In this document: piece after piece, positions 25,264-36,109 of the stretch
Position numbering within the stretch: position 1 is the first letter of the stretch
Layout: each line of letters opens with the position of its first letter
Assembly: GCF_001194135.2 (NCBI RefSeq)
Contig: NC_068984.1
Span: 80,603,955 to 80,650,691 of the forward strand
Length of the DNA: 46,737 bases
Source: Octopus bimaculoides
Lineage: Eukaryota
Direction of reading: 5' to 3'
The notes under the pieces: generated by a model
The model's input: only the letters and a program-made list of their open reading frames with translations
Database searches by the model: none
Told to the model about the DNA's origin: nothing
Position numbers and translations under genes: made by a program

Positions 25264-25742
25264 CACTATACAGGGGCTAATAATTCGCGACAAAAATATA
25301 ATTCTCGAAAATTAATTTGCTAAGATATTATTAATTTTGTTATCATCTGGAATGTCTATCTTGAAAAACGATAATAACAGAATTAATAATATAGGCGATC
25401 GCAAACCCAAGAAAAGCATTAATTAGCTGAAGGATCAAAATTAAATTAATTTGATTTCGGCGCAAAACGAATCAGTTGCAGCGCAGACTTCAATACGGGC
25501 TGTTGGGGGTCTGTTTTGTTGGTAACAAGTGCTGATGACGTTAAGGTAATTTATGTAAATTAATTAATTTATTTTCCCAGTACAGAAACCGGTCCTCGTG
25601 AGTCCTTATACTTAAATGTACGGTAAGAGATTTTATCAACCTAATCTGTTTTCGGTTGATTTCTGTAGTTATCATCAGTGTAATAAGAGGTTTGACTGTT
25701 ATTTCCTGCAGGCAGACATACTTAGCATGTCCTTTGATTAAA

Positions 25743-25782
<40 letters not shown>

Positions 25783-26496
25783 TTGTGTATTTAAATATCT
25801 ACCAAATATTTTGGTAAAATAAGTATTGTAACTGTTACCAAAGTAGCAAAATTCTCACTTGAAAAGTTGTTTATACTTTGTTTAAATATAATGACTTTCG
25901 TATAGCTGATACAATTTTGGGTGCATGCCAATTAAAATAAGAGCCGGCTCTTATTTCAATTGATATATATAAATATATATATGAAAAGGACAACAAAAAC
26001 CAAGGCAGGACAAGTATCTCAAATCATTTAGCATAATTTAATTGAGGTAATGTGAATTTGAAATCTTACAGTTGTTTCTGGCAAATCCCAAAGGATAGGC
26101 TACTATGTCCATACACTGGGTATTCCATCATCAGAGACAAGGTGAGTATGTATGAAAGTTCTAGGTAGGGAAATTCACAGTTTATAAAGTATAAAATAGA
26201 AGAATAAAGAGTAAAACTAGATAGCAGAATACAGACAAGAGAATAAAGTTCACATTTCATCTTTTTGCATAGGGTATGGAGGTTGGTCTGTACTTCTGTG
26301 AAGGTATAGGCCCTTTGGCAGTATTTTGAATGATGCGTTCATGTTGAAGTAATCGATTAAGTTGTTAACTAGTATGTAAATGATCCACGTAGGTATATAG
26401 AGTGAGGAAGACAGACATCAAGATAGATAGAAGTGGATTGTGAGTGGATAGAAGAGAGAGGAGGAGAGAAATGAAGGAGAAAGAGAGAAAAAAGAG

Positions 26497-27432
26497 AAAA
26501 GACAGGAATGGGACAGGTGCAGGAAAGAATGAATGAGAGCGAAAGTAAAGTAAAATTAAAAATAAAAAAATCAGAAAATGAAAAAGTAAAAACTAAGAAA
26601 TAAAAATAAAAAGAATAAAGATAGAGATAAGATGCCATTATTATTCTTCGTAAGTGTTGGTTCAGTGTGAGAGGTCAGGCATTAAGGGTTTTGGTAAAGT
26701 GGAGGAGGAAGGTATTTATGTCTCTTAATCAAATAGATGAAATCTAGGTTAGGTGAGGTCAGTGGTCAGTAGGAATAGCTAAAAATAGATGTCTAGCTTA
26801 AGGGGGTATATATAGGATAAAACTACAATTAAGCGGATAAAGGTTATAAATTAAAGAATTAAAATTTAAAAGTTAAATTAAAATTAAAACTTAAAAATTA
26901 TAAAAATTAAAGAATTAAAGCTATCTAACTCCTAAGATACTTATGTTGATAGAAAAGAAAAGGAAACGAAAAAACATACGTATACTGTAACAACCGTGAA
27001 TGCATATAGGCAAGTGTTATGGGTGTTGATTTTGTTTGCATTCAGACTTATGGAAGAATCTAAAGGAGCAAAAGAACTTATGCTTACATGTAGAAAATCC
27101 GTAGTGTTGTTTATTGAGCAATTGCGGTGAATTGTGAATAAATATTTGGAGGACTTCTTTCAAGTAGAGTTCATATGTAAGGCGCTGACCTTGGCATGGG
27201 ACACCAGAATCTACTATGGCCTAGGATATCCTATATGGTACTTTCCTTTTTATCAGATGGTATATGTGGTTGGCTAGGGATGTGGATTTGCTATGAAAAT
27301 TAAATGAGCTTAGATGTACAGAGTATCTCTGTTTAAAATTAAATTTTTACTTTTTGATTTTTGATATTTTGATTTTACTTTACTTTCACTTTCATTCATT
27401 CTTTCCTGCACCTGTCCCACTCCTGTCTTTCC
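26497..27432. repeat. About 935-bp segment bounded by about 90-bp imperfect inverted repeats
   Basis: AAAGACAGGAATGGGACAGGTGCAGGAAAGAATGAATG... (26497-26595) is the reverse complement of ...CATTCATTCTTTCCTGCACCTGTCCCACTCCTGTCTTT (27341-27432). Confidence 0.75.
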
Positions 27433-27949
27433 TCTTATTTGATCGGTATTACGTGTAATTGTTCGGAATTTTCCGTTTCACTCGTTTGTTCTTTTCCTCA
27501 ATGTTGTTTAAGCTTCTTCCGTTGTAATTGTTATCTCAGTGATAATTGCAATATATATACAGTGATTAAAACTTCAGTCTTTAACTGCGCCGAAATTTTG
27601 CTGATTCTGATAACCTTGGCTGTCGAGAAATGTTCCATGTTTAATTTTCATTTTCAGTTAATTATTTCATGTCTTCGATTTTCACAATGTGTGTGTGTGT
27701 ACATATATATACACATATATACATATATGTGTGTGTGTGTATACATATGTAAATATGTATATATNNNNNNNNNNNNNNNNNNNNNNNNNNNNNNNNNNNN
27801 NNNNNNNNNNNNNNNNNNNNNNNNNNNNNNNNNNNNNNNNNNNNNNNNNNNNNNNNNNNNNNNNNNNNNNTATATATATATATATATATATATGTATAGA
27901 TGTATCCATGCATGTATGTATGTATGTACGTACGTATTTATGCATAGGC

Positions 27950-28190
27950 ACATGGCCTAGTGGTTAGAGCGCTGCACTCACGATCGCCAGATCGTGGGAT
28001 TGGTTCCTGGATCGAGCAGCGTGTTGTGTTTTTGAGCAAAGCATTTCGTATCACGTTGCTCTGCGATCATTTCGTCATCTAGCAAGTGACACGCATTATG
28101 CACCTGTACAGGTAATGTTGATTTGAACGACGAAGTGAGCCTACGTAAACCTAAGCATTTGATCACTACAAACAAATCATCTGCGCACGT
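27950..28190 (+). mobile_element. tRNA-derived SINE with a family B-like head
   Basis: A-box TGGCCTAGTGGTTAGAGCG and B-box-like GGATTGGTTCCTGG, followed by GTGTTGTGTTTTTGAGCAAAGCA. Confidence 0.75.
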
Positions 28191-28321
28191 TACTCAAAAC
28201 CTCTGTCCGGAAAATCCATAAAATCTGTGTATGCACGCGCGAATGTGTCCATGTGTGTGTGTTTCTATCTATCTTTCTATCTATATCTATATATATATAT
28301 ATATACACGCACACGCACACG

Positions 28322-28380
<59 letters not shown>

Positions 28381-28390
28381 NNNNNNNNNN

Positions 28391-28450
<60 letters not shown>

Positions 28451-28476
28451 CAGACAGATAGAGTTAGATATATATA

Positions 28477-29480
28477 GAGTTAGTCGATATGGAAGATAAT
28501 ATGGCGAGAGCTCTCTATTGTCAGAGGTGGATTAGTACCACCGGTTAGCGGTTGCTGTGAAAATGGTGTTGGAACGAAAAAAACGTCCAGGGTATTAGTT
28601 TAGGAGTTATGTCGTTTGGTTGGGTATGCTGCGAAGCCGGCAGGAGTTATCTTGAAGTGGGGAAACTGTTTATTATTAATGTGGTGTTCCCGTGAGATGG
28701 GGTGTGTGGTATGTGTAGTGGTGTCATATACTCTTTTAACTTGTTTCAGTCATTTGACTGCGGCCATGCTGGAGCACCGTATAATTTTTTCCGGGGATGT
28801 AGGTATATATAGCTTTGTTCGTTGGTCTGTTTTCTTTCTGTAAAGGATAAAGTCGTGGAGGGGGAGTTATGTTAACGTGCAGTGTGTAATGTATGTGGGG
28901 TTCTGTGTATATGTGGGGCTACAATTAGTGTGAAGGGGTACGTTTTGAGGGTAGGGTAGGGTAGGGTGCGAGACAGTTTATTCTGTGGTGTGTCCGCTTT
29001 ATAGGGGTGTGTGCGTGGGTACATGGGTGCCATGGTGTGTGCTTTGGTCAAACGCGCACATGCGCACACACCCCTATAAGACGGAAACCCCACAAGATAA
29101 ACTGTCTACCACCCTCAATCCCACCCCACCACATACCCATTCATACAAAGTGTACCCCCCCCATATACAGAAAGAAAAGAGACCAACGAACACAGCTATA
29201 TATACCTACACCCCCAGAAAAATTATACATATGGTAACACTACACATACCACATACCCATTCCCCCAGGAGCACCACATTAATAATACACACTTTCCCTA
29301 CTTCAAGATAACTCTTGCCAGCTTCACAGTATACCCGACCAAGGAACATAACTCCTAAACTAATACCCTGGACCCTTTTTCGTTCCACCACCATTTTCAC
29401 AGCAGCCGCAGACCGGTTGCGCTAATCCACCTCCGACAATAAAGAACAGTCGCCATATTACCTTCCATATCGGCTAACTC
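28477..29480. mobile_element. About 1-kb foldback element with long inverted arms and a short spacer
   Basis: Arm 28477-29016 is the reverse complement of 29059-29480 (roughly 80% by eye). TA lies on both outer flanks. A family C SINE tail is inserted in the left arm only (about 28731-28780). Confidence 0.85.
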
Positions 29481-29560
29481 TAATGAGCGTAAAGTTATAT
29501 AATCTGTTTTGTTACCTAACACTCCATTGTATTCTTTACGCGAAACCGATTGGTAGCACC
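29480..29560 (+). ncRNA. Hammerhead-like motif with mutated core and no stem I
   Basis: CTAATGA, 8-bp stem II GCGTAAAG (29487-29494) / CTTTACGC (29534-29541), GAAA, stem III hairpin ACC-GATT-GGT, and a GUA triplet. Confidence 0.45.
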
Positions 29561-29598
29561 AACCGTGATGGATATTTAATACTATACATTTCGGATAC

Positions 29599-29636
<38 letters not shown>

Positions 29637-29638
<2 letters not shown>

Positions 29639-30184
29639 GTAGTGGCTTGTTGCCAACTTAATGTGGTAGTCCCAGGAGAGGGAAGGAAGCTACTGCTATT
29701 TAGCCCCAAGAAACGGTGTTTCTTGTTGGCTACGCGACACAAGCGTTCTGTGTCCTTAAGTCTTCAAACAGGTGAGATAAGCACCCCCACTCAACAAAGC
29801 CTGCATAACTGTCTCTGAGAGATTTAGAAATGGAATATTTCTAATTTTGTAGATCAGTGAATTTATTTCACTGGAAATTCTATAAGTTTTCAACAGCGAT
29901 TTAGCACCGACACTAGCAAAGCGAAAGCTACTCCAGACTGGTGAAGGGCAATTACCCTGAAACTAGTCTCTAGATGCTGGCTTTCTTGGGTGAAGATGCT
30001 TATCTCCCCTGTTTGAAAACTTAAGGACACAGAACGCTTGTGTCGCGTAGCAAACAAGAAACGGTGTTTCTTAGGGTTAAATAGCAGTAGCTTTCTTCTT
30101 TTTCCTGGGACTTCCACATTAACTTGGCAACAAGCCACCACTTTATCATGCTGCTGCATAACTCTCTCTGAAAGATTTAGAAAT
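29637..30184 (+). mobile_element. Non-coding Penelope/retrozyme-like element: inverted arm, 353-bp-period direct repeat and hammerhead
   Basis: 29637-29806 is the reverse complement of 29975-30144. A 31-bp direct repeat lies at 29801-29831 and 30154-30184 (29/31 identical). Hammerhead at 29933-29973; microsatellites on both flanks. Confidence 0.72.
29933..29973 (+). ncRNA. Minimal type-I hammerhead ribozyme motif (variant core CUGGUGA)
   Basis: CCAGA-CTGGTGA-AGGG-CAATTA-CCCT-GAAA-CTAG-TC|TCTAG. Stem I is AGA/TCT, stem II is 4 bp, stem III is the palindrome ACTAGT, and the GUC site cleaves after 29968. Confidence 0.7.
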
Positions 30185-30189
30185 CCAAT

Positions 30190-30243
<54 letters not shown>

Positions 30244-30927
30244 AACACACACGCACACACACAAGCGAGTGGGCAAACAAAAGGAAGTAGCAAACAGCGT
30301 ATTCGATATGAGTTATATGTAATTAAAGAAGAGTTTATCTCAGCTTAAAGATTTGTGGACACATATGACACATCCATCTCATTAGATGATAGCAGTAGTC
30401 AAACTTTTATTAAATCTACACATTTGTGCATGTGTAGTTATGTATGCATTACGTATTTGCAAACGAAAATGGGTTAACGAGGAATAATCCAGTGTCTAGA
30501 CGAATAATGTTGTATCAAATACCATATAAGATAAATTCTTGATTTATTGAAATTTCGTAAATATCTGGCGGCTACTATGCCCAACTTTAAACGAGAAGGG
30601 AAAATAATCGCAAAAAGTGATAATTCTCCGAAATCAACATGCCATTAAAAAAAGCAGTAATCAGGTGTTTCAGGGCCACTATTTGTTATCAGCGCTGCAC
30701 CATCGTAACTTAAGTAGCATTTGAGATTCTTAAACATATACATAAAGCGTAGGAAACATTTATGGCCAAGGGCAATTTGCATAATTTATATGAAAATGAG
30801 ATAAGGGCGATAACTCAGCGTGGCCATCAGCATGGATATGAACAATAAAGACTAATAATGCTACATCAAATGCCATACAAGATAAATTTTGAACTATTGA
30901 AATTATATTCTCATTCTGAAGAAAAAT

Positions 30928-31285
30928 AAGCGTGTGTTAAAAGGTTTGCTTTATAACCACATTGTTCTGAGTTCAGTCTCACAACGTGGCACCTTGGGCA
31001 AATGTTTTTTACTGTAGCCCCGGGTCGACCAAAGCCTTGTGAGTGGATTTGTGGACGGAAACTGTAAGTAGCCTGTCGTATATATATATATATATATATA
31101 TATATATNNNNNNNNNNNNNNNNNNNNNNNNNNNNNNNNNNNNNNNNNNNNNNNNNNNNNNNNNNNNNNNNNNNNNNNNNNNNNNNNNNNNNNNNNNNNN
31201 NNNNNNNNNNNNNNNNNNNNNNNNNNNNNNNNNNNNNNNNNNNNNNNNNNNNNNNNNNNNNNNNNNNNNNNNNNNNNNNNNNNTG

Positions 31286-31362
<77 letters not shown>

Positions 31363-31600
31363 GTGTGTGTGTGTGTGCGTGTGCGTGTGTGTGCGTGCGC
31401 ATGCGTGTGTGTCTTCTTGTGTATGTGTGTGCCACCTACCACCGCTTATCAAATGGTGTTGGTGTGTTTACATCTCCGCAACTTAGCTGTTCGGCAAAAT
31501 ACACCAATAGAATAAGTGTTGGTATCAATTCATTCGACTAAAAATACTTCAAGATGGTGCCCCAACATGGCCGTAGTCTAATGACTGAAACAAAGATAAA
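30928..31600 (+). mobile_element. Full-length family C SINE with an expanded internal microsatellite
   Basis: Head with GAGTTCAGTCTC and GGCACCTTGGGCAAAT, internal (TA)n/gap/(TG)n of more than 300 bp, and tail GGTGCCCCAACATGGCC...AATGACTGAAACAAAGATAAA. Confidence 0.82.
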
Positions 31601-32069
31601 CGCAATCTGACAGTTACGATCAAAGTTTAAAGAATCTCATTTAGAAATAACATCATGGGTTAGTCTGATATACGTCATAATAAATATAATTTTCCACTCA
31701 TGAAGCAGTCATAGCTTTATGGTTAAAAAGAACCGGTCTGTGTTGCGTTCTTGAGCAAAACACTTCATTTCATGTTGCTCTAGTGCTGTGTGGGGATTCG
31801 CAGCCTAATGAATAGACCCGACGTTTCCTCTGCGTGTTGTAAAAGGTGATGATGACTAAAGAAGTTGAAGTAGGATTTGCATTCCAGTCACGTAAAACCC
31901 TCATCAGCAACGACTACCCAAAACAGACCCGTTGGGTAGAGGACTATTGCCAGTGTGGTACTATGGTGTCATCCGCCAGGAGTAGGGAACTGTTAACAAA
32001 TGGTGAATGCAGGGATGCGCTGTAACAGCACATACCTTCATGCTGCTGCTGTTGCTGCTGGTACTACTG

Positions 32070-32102
<33 letters not shown>

Positions 32103-32223
32103 ATCTGTATCCATGTTGCTACAGATTCGATCCCACTGTTCGGCATCATAGGTAAATGCCTACCAATATATCCCTCACTTGAAAGGTTCTGTCTGATGCC
32201 TTGTAAATGATATTTGGTTTGTG

Positions 32224-32260
<37 letters not shown>

Positions 32261-32299
32261 GTGTGTGTGTGTGTGTGTATGTGTGTGTGTGTGTGTTCG

Positions 32300-32400
32300 A
32301 CAAGCTTCCGTCTACCAAATTCACTCACAAGGCATCGGTCGATCCAGAGACATGCAAGAAGATACTTGCCCAACATGACGTGTAGTGGGATCCAATCGAT
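32300..32400 (-). mobile_element. Partial family C SINE head
   Basis: CCGTCTACCAAATTCACTCACAAGGCATCGGTCGATCC...ACTTGCCCAAC matches 9075-9150. Confidence 0.65.
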
Positions 32401-32577
32401 TACTATAACAAGGGTTTACACAAATGAAATTTACCGATATGCATACATAGCGCATTTTTCGCCAGTAATAAATTGCTGGTATGTTAACAGCTCTATTTCA
32501 TTATAAGATCTATCAAGCAGTAGAGAGGAACAAACACAAAAATACACATAGATATATACATGTGTGTGTTGTGTGTG

Positions 32578-32633
<56 letters not shown>

Positions 32634-32738
32634 NNNNNNNNNNNNNNNNNNNNNNNNNNNNNNNNNNNNNNNNNNNNNNNNNNNNNNNNNNNNNNNNNNN
32701 NNNNNNNNNNNNNNNNNNNNNNNNNNNNNNNNNNTGTG

Positions 32739-32785
<47 letters not shown>

Positions 32786-33436
32786 ACTATGTATATATGT
32801 ATGTATATATGTATGCATGTATGTATATATGTATGCATGTATGTATGGATTGATGAAAACAGGCATATCTGAGAGAGATTCAGGATGAATTGGTACGTTC
32901 GGCGAAAGTACCTTGTGACTATTCCGCACAGAAGACACTCTCTCACTGCTTCCACCGTAAGAAATACAATGAAGTAAGGATTTGACCTTTACAAAAACAT
33001 TTTACCAAACGATTCCATTATTCATTAAATGTATGATACAGAAGGAAATAGATTAATAATCAGGAATCAGACACGAAACCTCTCAACGGATCTTGTTTGA
33101 GATGTTATTCCATGTTACATAGAAATAACTTTCAACCAAACAACATGAAACAGAATGCCTGTGGGAGAAAGCTGTCAAATATAAAGTTTTCATATACCAT
33201 ATAGATCTAGATCTTTAACTAATATGATTGAAACTCGAAAACCACAGCCAACAGCTGAATAAAATGTTTCTTTCTTTTACTGCATTAAAGATTTGTATTG
33301 TAGCTAATATAATATGCAACCAGCTGTTTGGGGCTTTCTTGATCCTTCCTTGTTTTCAAAGCATAGAAATATAACTTAGCAGAAAAAAAATAATCATATA
33401 CTGATACTACCACACCTCTTCTCACTCCTAGTAAAA

Positions 33437-33437
33437 T

Positions 33438-33491
<54 letters not shown>

Positions 33492-33663
33492 GAAGAAGAA
33501 GAAGAAGAAGAAGAAGAAGAAGAAGAAGAAGAAGAAGAAGAAGAGAAAAGAAGAAGAAAAAAGAAGAAGAAGAAGAAGAAGAAGAAGAAGAAGAAGAAGA
33601 AGAAGAAGAAGAAGAAGAAGAAGAAGAAGAAGAAGAAGAAGAAGAAGAAGAAGAAGAAGAAGA
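33437..33663 (+). repeat. Compound microsatellite (TAC)n-(GAA)n
   Basis: Directly visible pure trinucleotide tracts. Confidence 0.95.
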
Positions 33664-33734
33664 ATGGAAATACGGAAGGAAGGATAAAAGGAACGAAATA
33701 AAGAAGGAAAGAAATAGATGAAGAAAACATTGGT

Positions 33735-34478
33735 AGTTGGGCAGTTCAATCTAAAGGCAGAAATTGAAGATTTTATAATGGCAGCTCAGGACCAATCTCT
33801 ACTCGCAGTAAACTATCAAGCAAACGTTCTCTGTAATTGTGTTTACCCAAACTGTAGTCTATGTTATAATAATATTGCAACCATCGACCACATTGTGGCT
33901 GACTGTTTTAAACTCGCAATAACCGAATATAAAGCTAGATATGACTGAATAGAGAAGAGCCTACAGTGGAACATCTGTTGTCATTATGACATTCCCTCTT
34001 CTAAAAACTGGTATGAGCACCAAAGGAAACCAGTCACAGAAGATAATGGATTTACTATTCTATATGATACTTTACCAGCCGTACTGATAGACAAATAAAT
34101 GTCGATAGACCTGATATTATTATCAAATATCACCGGCTAAATGCTTTTTCCGATTTCTTTGCCAGTACCAGCTGATCGAAATATCTGTCAAAGAATTCGA
34201 AGGATAACCTGAATACGAGAACCTAGGGATAGAAATGTGCAAACTGAAAACAATTATTCTAACGGTAGTAGCAGAAGTACTAGGCATAGTTAAAAACAGG
34301 GCATCCATCGTCATTGATAAAATACCTGGGAAATCAAATATATACGATGTCCAAAGCAATGCACTAACCTCAACAGTCCATGTCTTGAGTAAACCCCCAT
34401 CGTTATTATATAGGTACTAGCCTTAGGTGTCCGGTAGAAACACGGCTAATAACTAAAATGCTTTGAAATCAAGCTAAA

Positions 34479-34547
<69 letters not shown>
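33735..34547 (+). mobile_element. 3' fragment of an R4/Dong-clade element with (TAA)n
   Basis: AAQDQSL, CCHC knuckle CSLCYNNIATIDHIVADC, WYEH, and RLE motif VDRPDIIIK. (TAA)n at 34481-34547. Confidence 0.82.
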
Positions 34548-34549
<2 letters not shown>

Positions 34550-34950
34550 TTCGCAAGACTAAGCTTTGGCCACGAACTGGAGGGTCAACCTGAGGAATAA
34601 GCAAGTGTCTCTGCTGTATCACATCTGCAATAGAGTAGATGAAAAACATTGCCCTTATCACGAACGAATGCCCTAGGTTTGCCCAAAACCACAACAAAAT
34701 GTGAAGACACGACCAGGTAGCGAAAGTGCTACACTGGAAACTGTGCGAAAAGTGGGGTAAACGTGACATGAGCACAAACCGCAGAGAGTGGCCGAGTCGG
34801 AGACTAGCAAAACTCTCTGGGATTTCCCAAACTAAACAGATCAGGTGCTAGAGCATAATAGATCGGACCTAGTGGTGGTGGACAAGGTGCACCACATATG
34901 CTATATAGTTGAAGTTTTATGCACCTTTGACCCATGAATAGGTAGTTGTG
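34548..34950 (+). mobile_element. Second R4/Dong-clade fragment abutting (TAA)n
   Basis: QD*ALATNWR, RHDQVAKVLHWKLCEKW, HEHKPQRV, TLWDF, and HNRSDLVVVDK. Confidence 0.8.
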
Positions 34951-34954
34951 CGTG

Positions 34955-35310
34955 TCCCTTAGTGGCTGACGATATATGTATCTCTGATCATGAACAGAAG
35001 TAGTGGGGAAGCATCATAGCCATGTGTTGAGAGAAATTCTTTGGGGTTTGAATAATTTACCTCTGGAAACTTGAGTGTTTCGTTCAACATCCTTAAACAA
35101 CTCTCATTCAAGGACCGCTTGAGCGGGATGGGCTACTCTACCTGAAGAAAACTCTAAGTGGGCCGCACCTGCAAGGTCATGTGCTGCTTATCTTTATATG
35201 AGATCACCATGTCGCGCACATAGGGTTGTGATGTATGTATCTCGTGTACGTTTATCAGAAAGGTAGTCATGATGGGTATATTGGGCTTCGTATATTTTAC
35301 CCCACTATCA
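34955..35310 (+). repeat. Unclassified interspersed repeat (family D)
   Basis: Shares sequence with 22590-22830 in the opposite orientation. Confidence 0.65.
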
Positions 35311-35344
35311 TTACTTAGATACTCCGCAGCTTTTGTAGATTGGA

Positions 35345-35790
35345 CAAAAAATGAACTAGATAGCTAAACAAAAGAAATAAGAAGGAATTCAATATGAATG
35401 GAGGGCTCCACCCAAGGGCGGGAGTAGCAGGATTATACTTATATAGAAAGGAAGGCAGAAGTAGAAGACTGCGTGGATCTAGCTAGAGTAGATATAGACT
35501 CTTATGGAGGTAATAGTGAAGAAAGTTTATTAAAAGCTGCTAGAGTCACAGCAAGACATAGGGAAGCAAGAAACCCAAACGAAGTTAAAAACCAGAAAAA
35601 AGAACAGAAGTTATTTGACTGCATGATAGAATCTCAAAGATAGTTGCAACAAATAGTAATAGTGAGACATGGGTATGTTTGCAGAAAGGATAGCTGAAAA
35701 GGGAGACAGAAAGTTTGTTAGTAGCAGCACAAGATGAAGCATTAAGGACTAATTGAATAGAAGCCAAAAAGCCAACAAAAATCAAGTAGA
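35345..35790 (+). mobile_element. Third R4/Dong-clade fragment (post-RT region)
   Basis: NGGLHPRAGVAGLYLYRKEG and KRETESLLVAAQDEALRTN resemble the HPRADVDRLYLPRKEGGRGL and ETESLLIAAQDQALRTN blocks of this clade. Confidence 0.8.
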
Positions 35791-36109
35791 TAACCCTGTT
35801 ATATTTCCGGTACATATATCGTCCTAGAAGAAATGAAAGTGAAACCTCACGATGACAAAATTGAAAACCATAGAGACAAGCCAAATAAATATAACAACGC
35901 TTTTGGTAAGATATTTCAACGCTCATGGTTCATAAAGCGAGTATTTTAATAACGACTTCATGCTGAGATACACATCTCTAAATAAAGGAAATTTTAATTC
36001 GATTCGGGTCGGATTTGAGTGAAATACGTGAACTCACCTCTTTTTTAACAATGAAATTCTTATACAGTTACAAAGCCATACTGTCTACAGAAAAAAAAGG
36101 ATTATTCAT

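Noticed and set aside
27950-28030. tRNA gene
   Set aside because: The A/B boxes continue into SINE body sequence and no acceptor stem closes, so it is a SINE head.
29890-30276. 128-aa ORF and its plus-strand counterpart as duplicated genes
   Set aside because: The shared peptide simply reflects the inverted repeat, and both ORFs begin in microsatellite.
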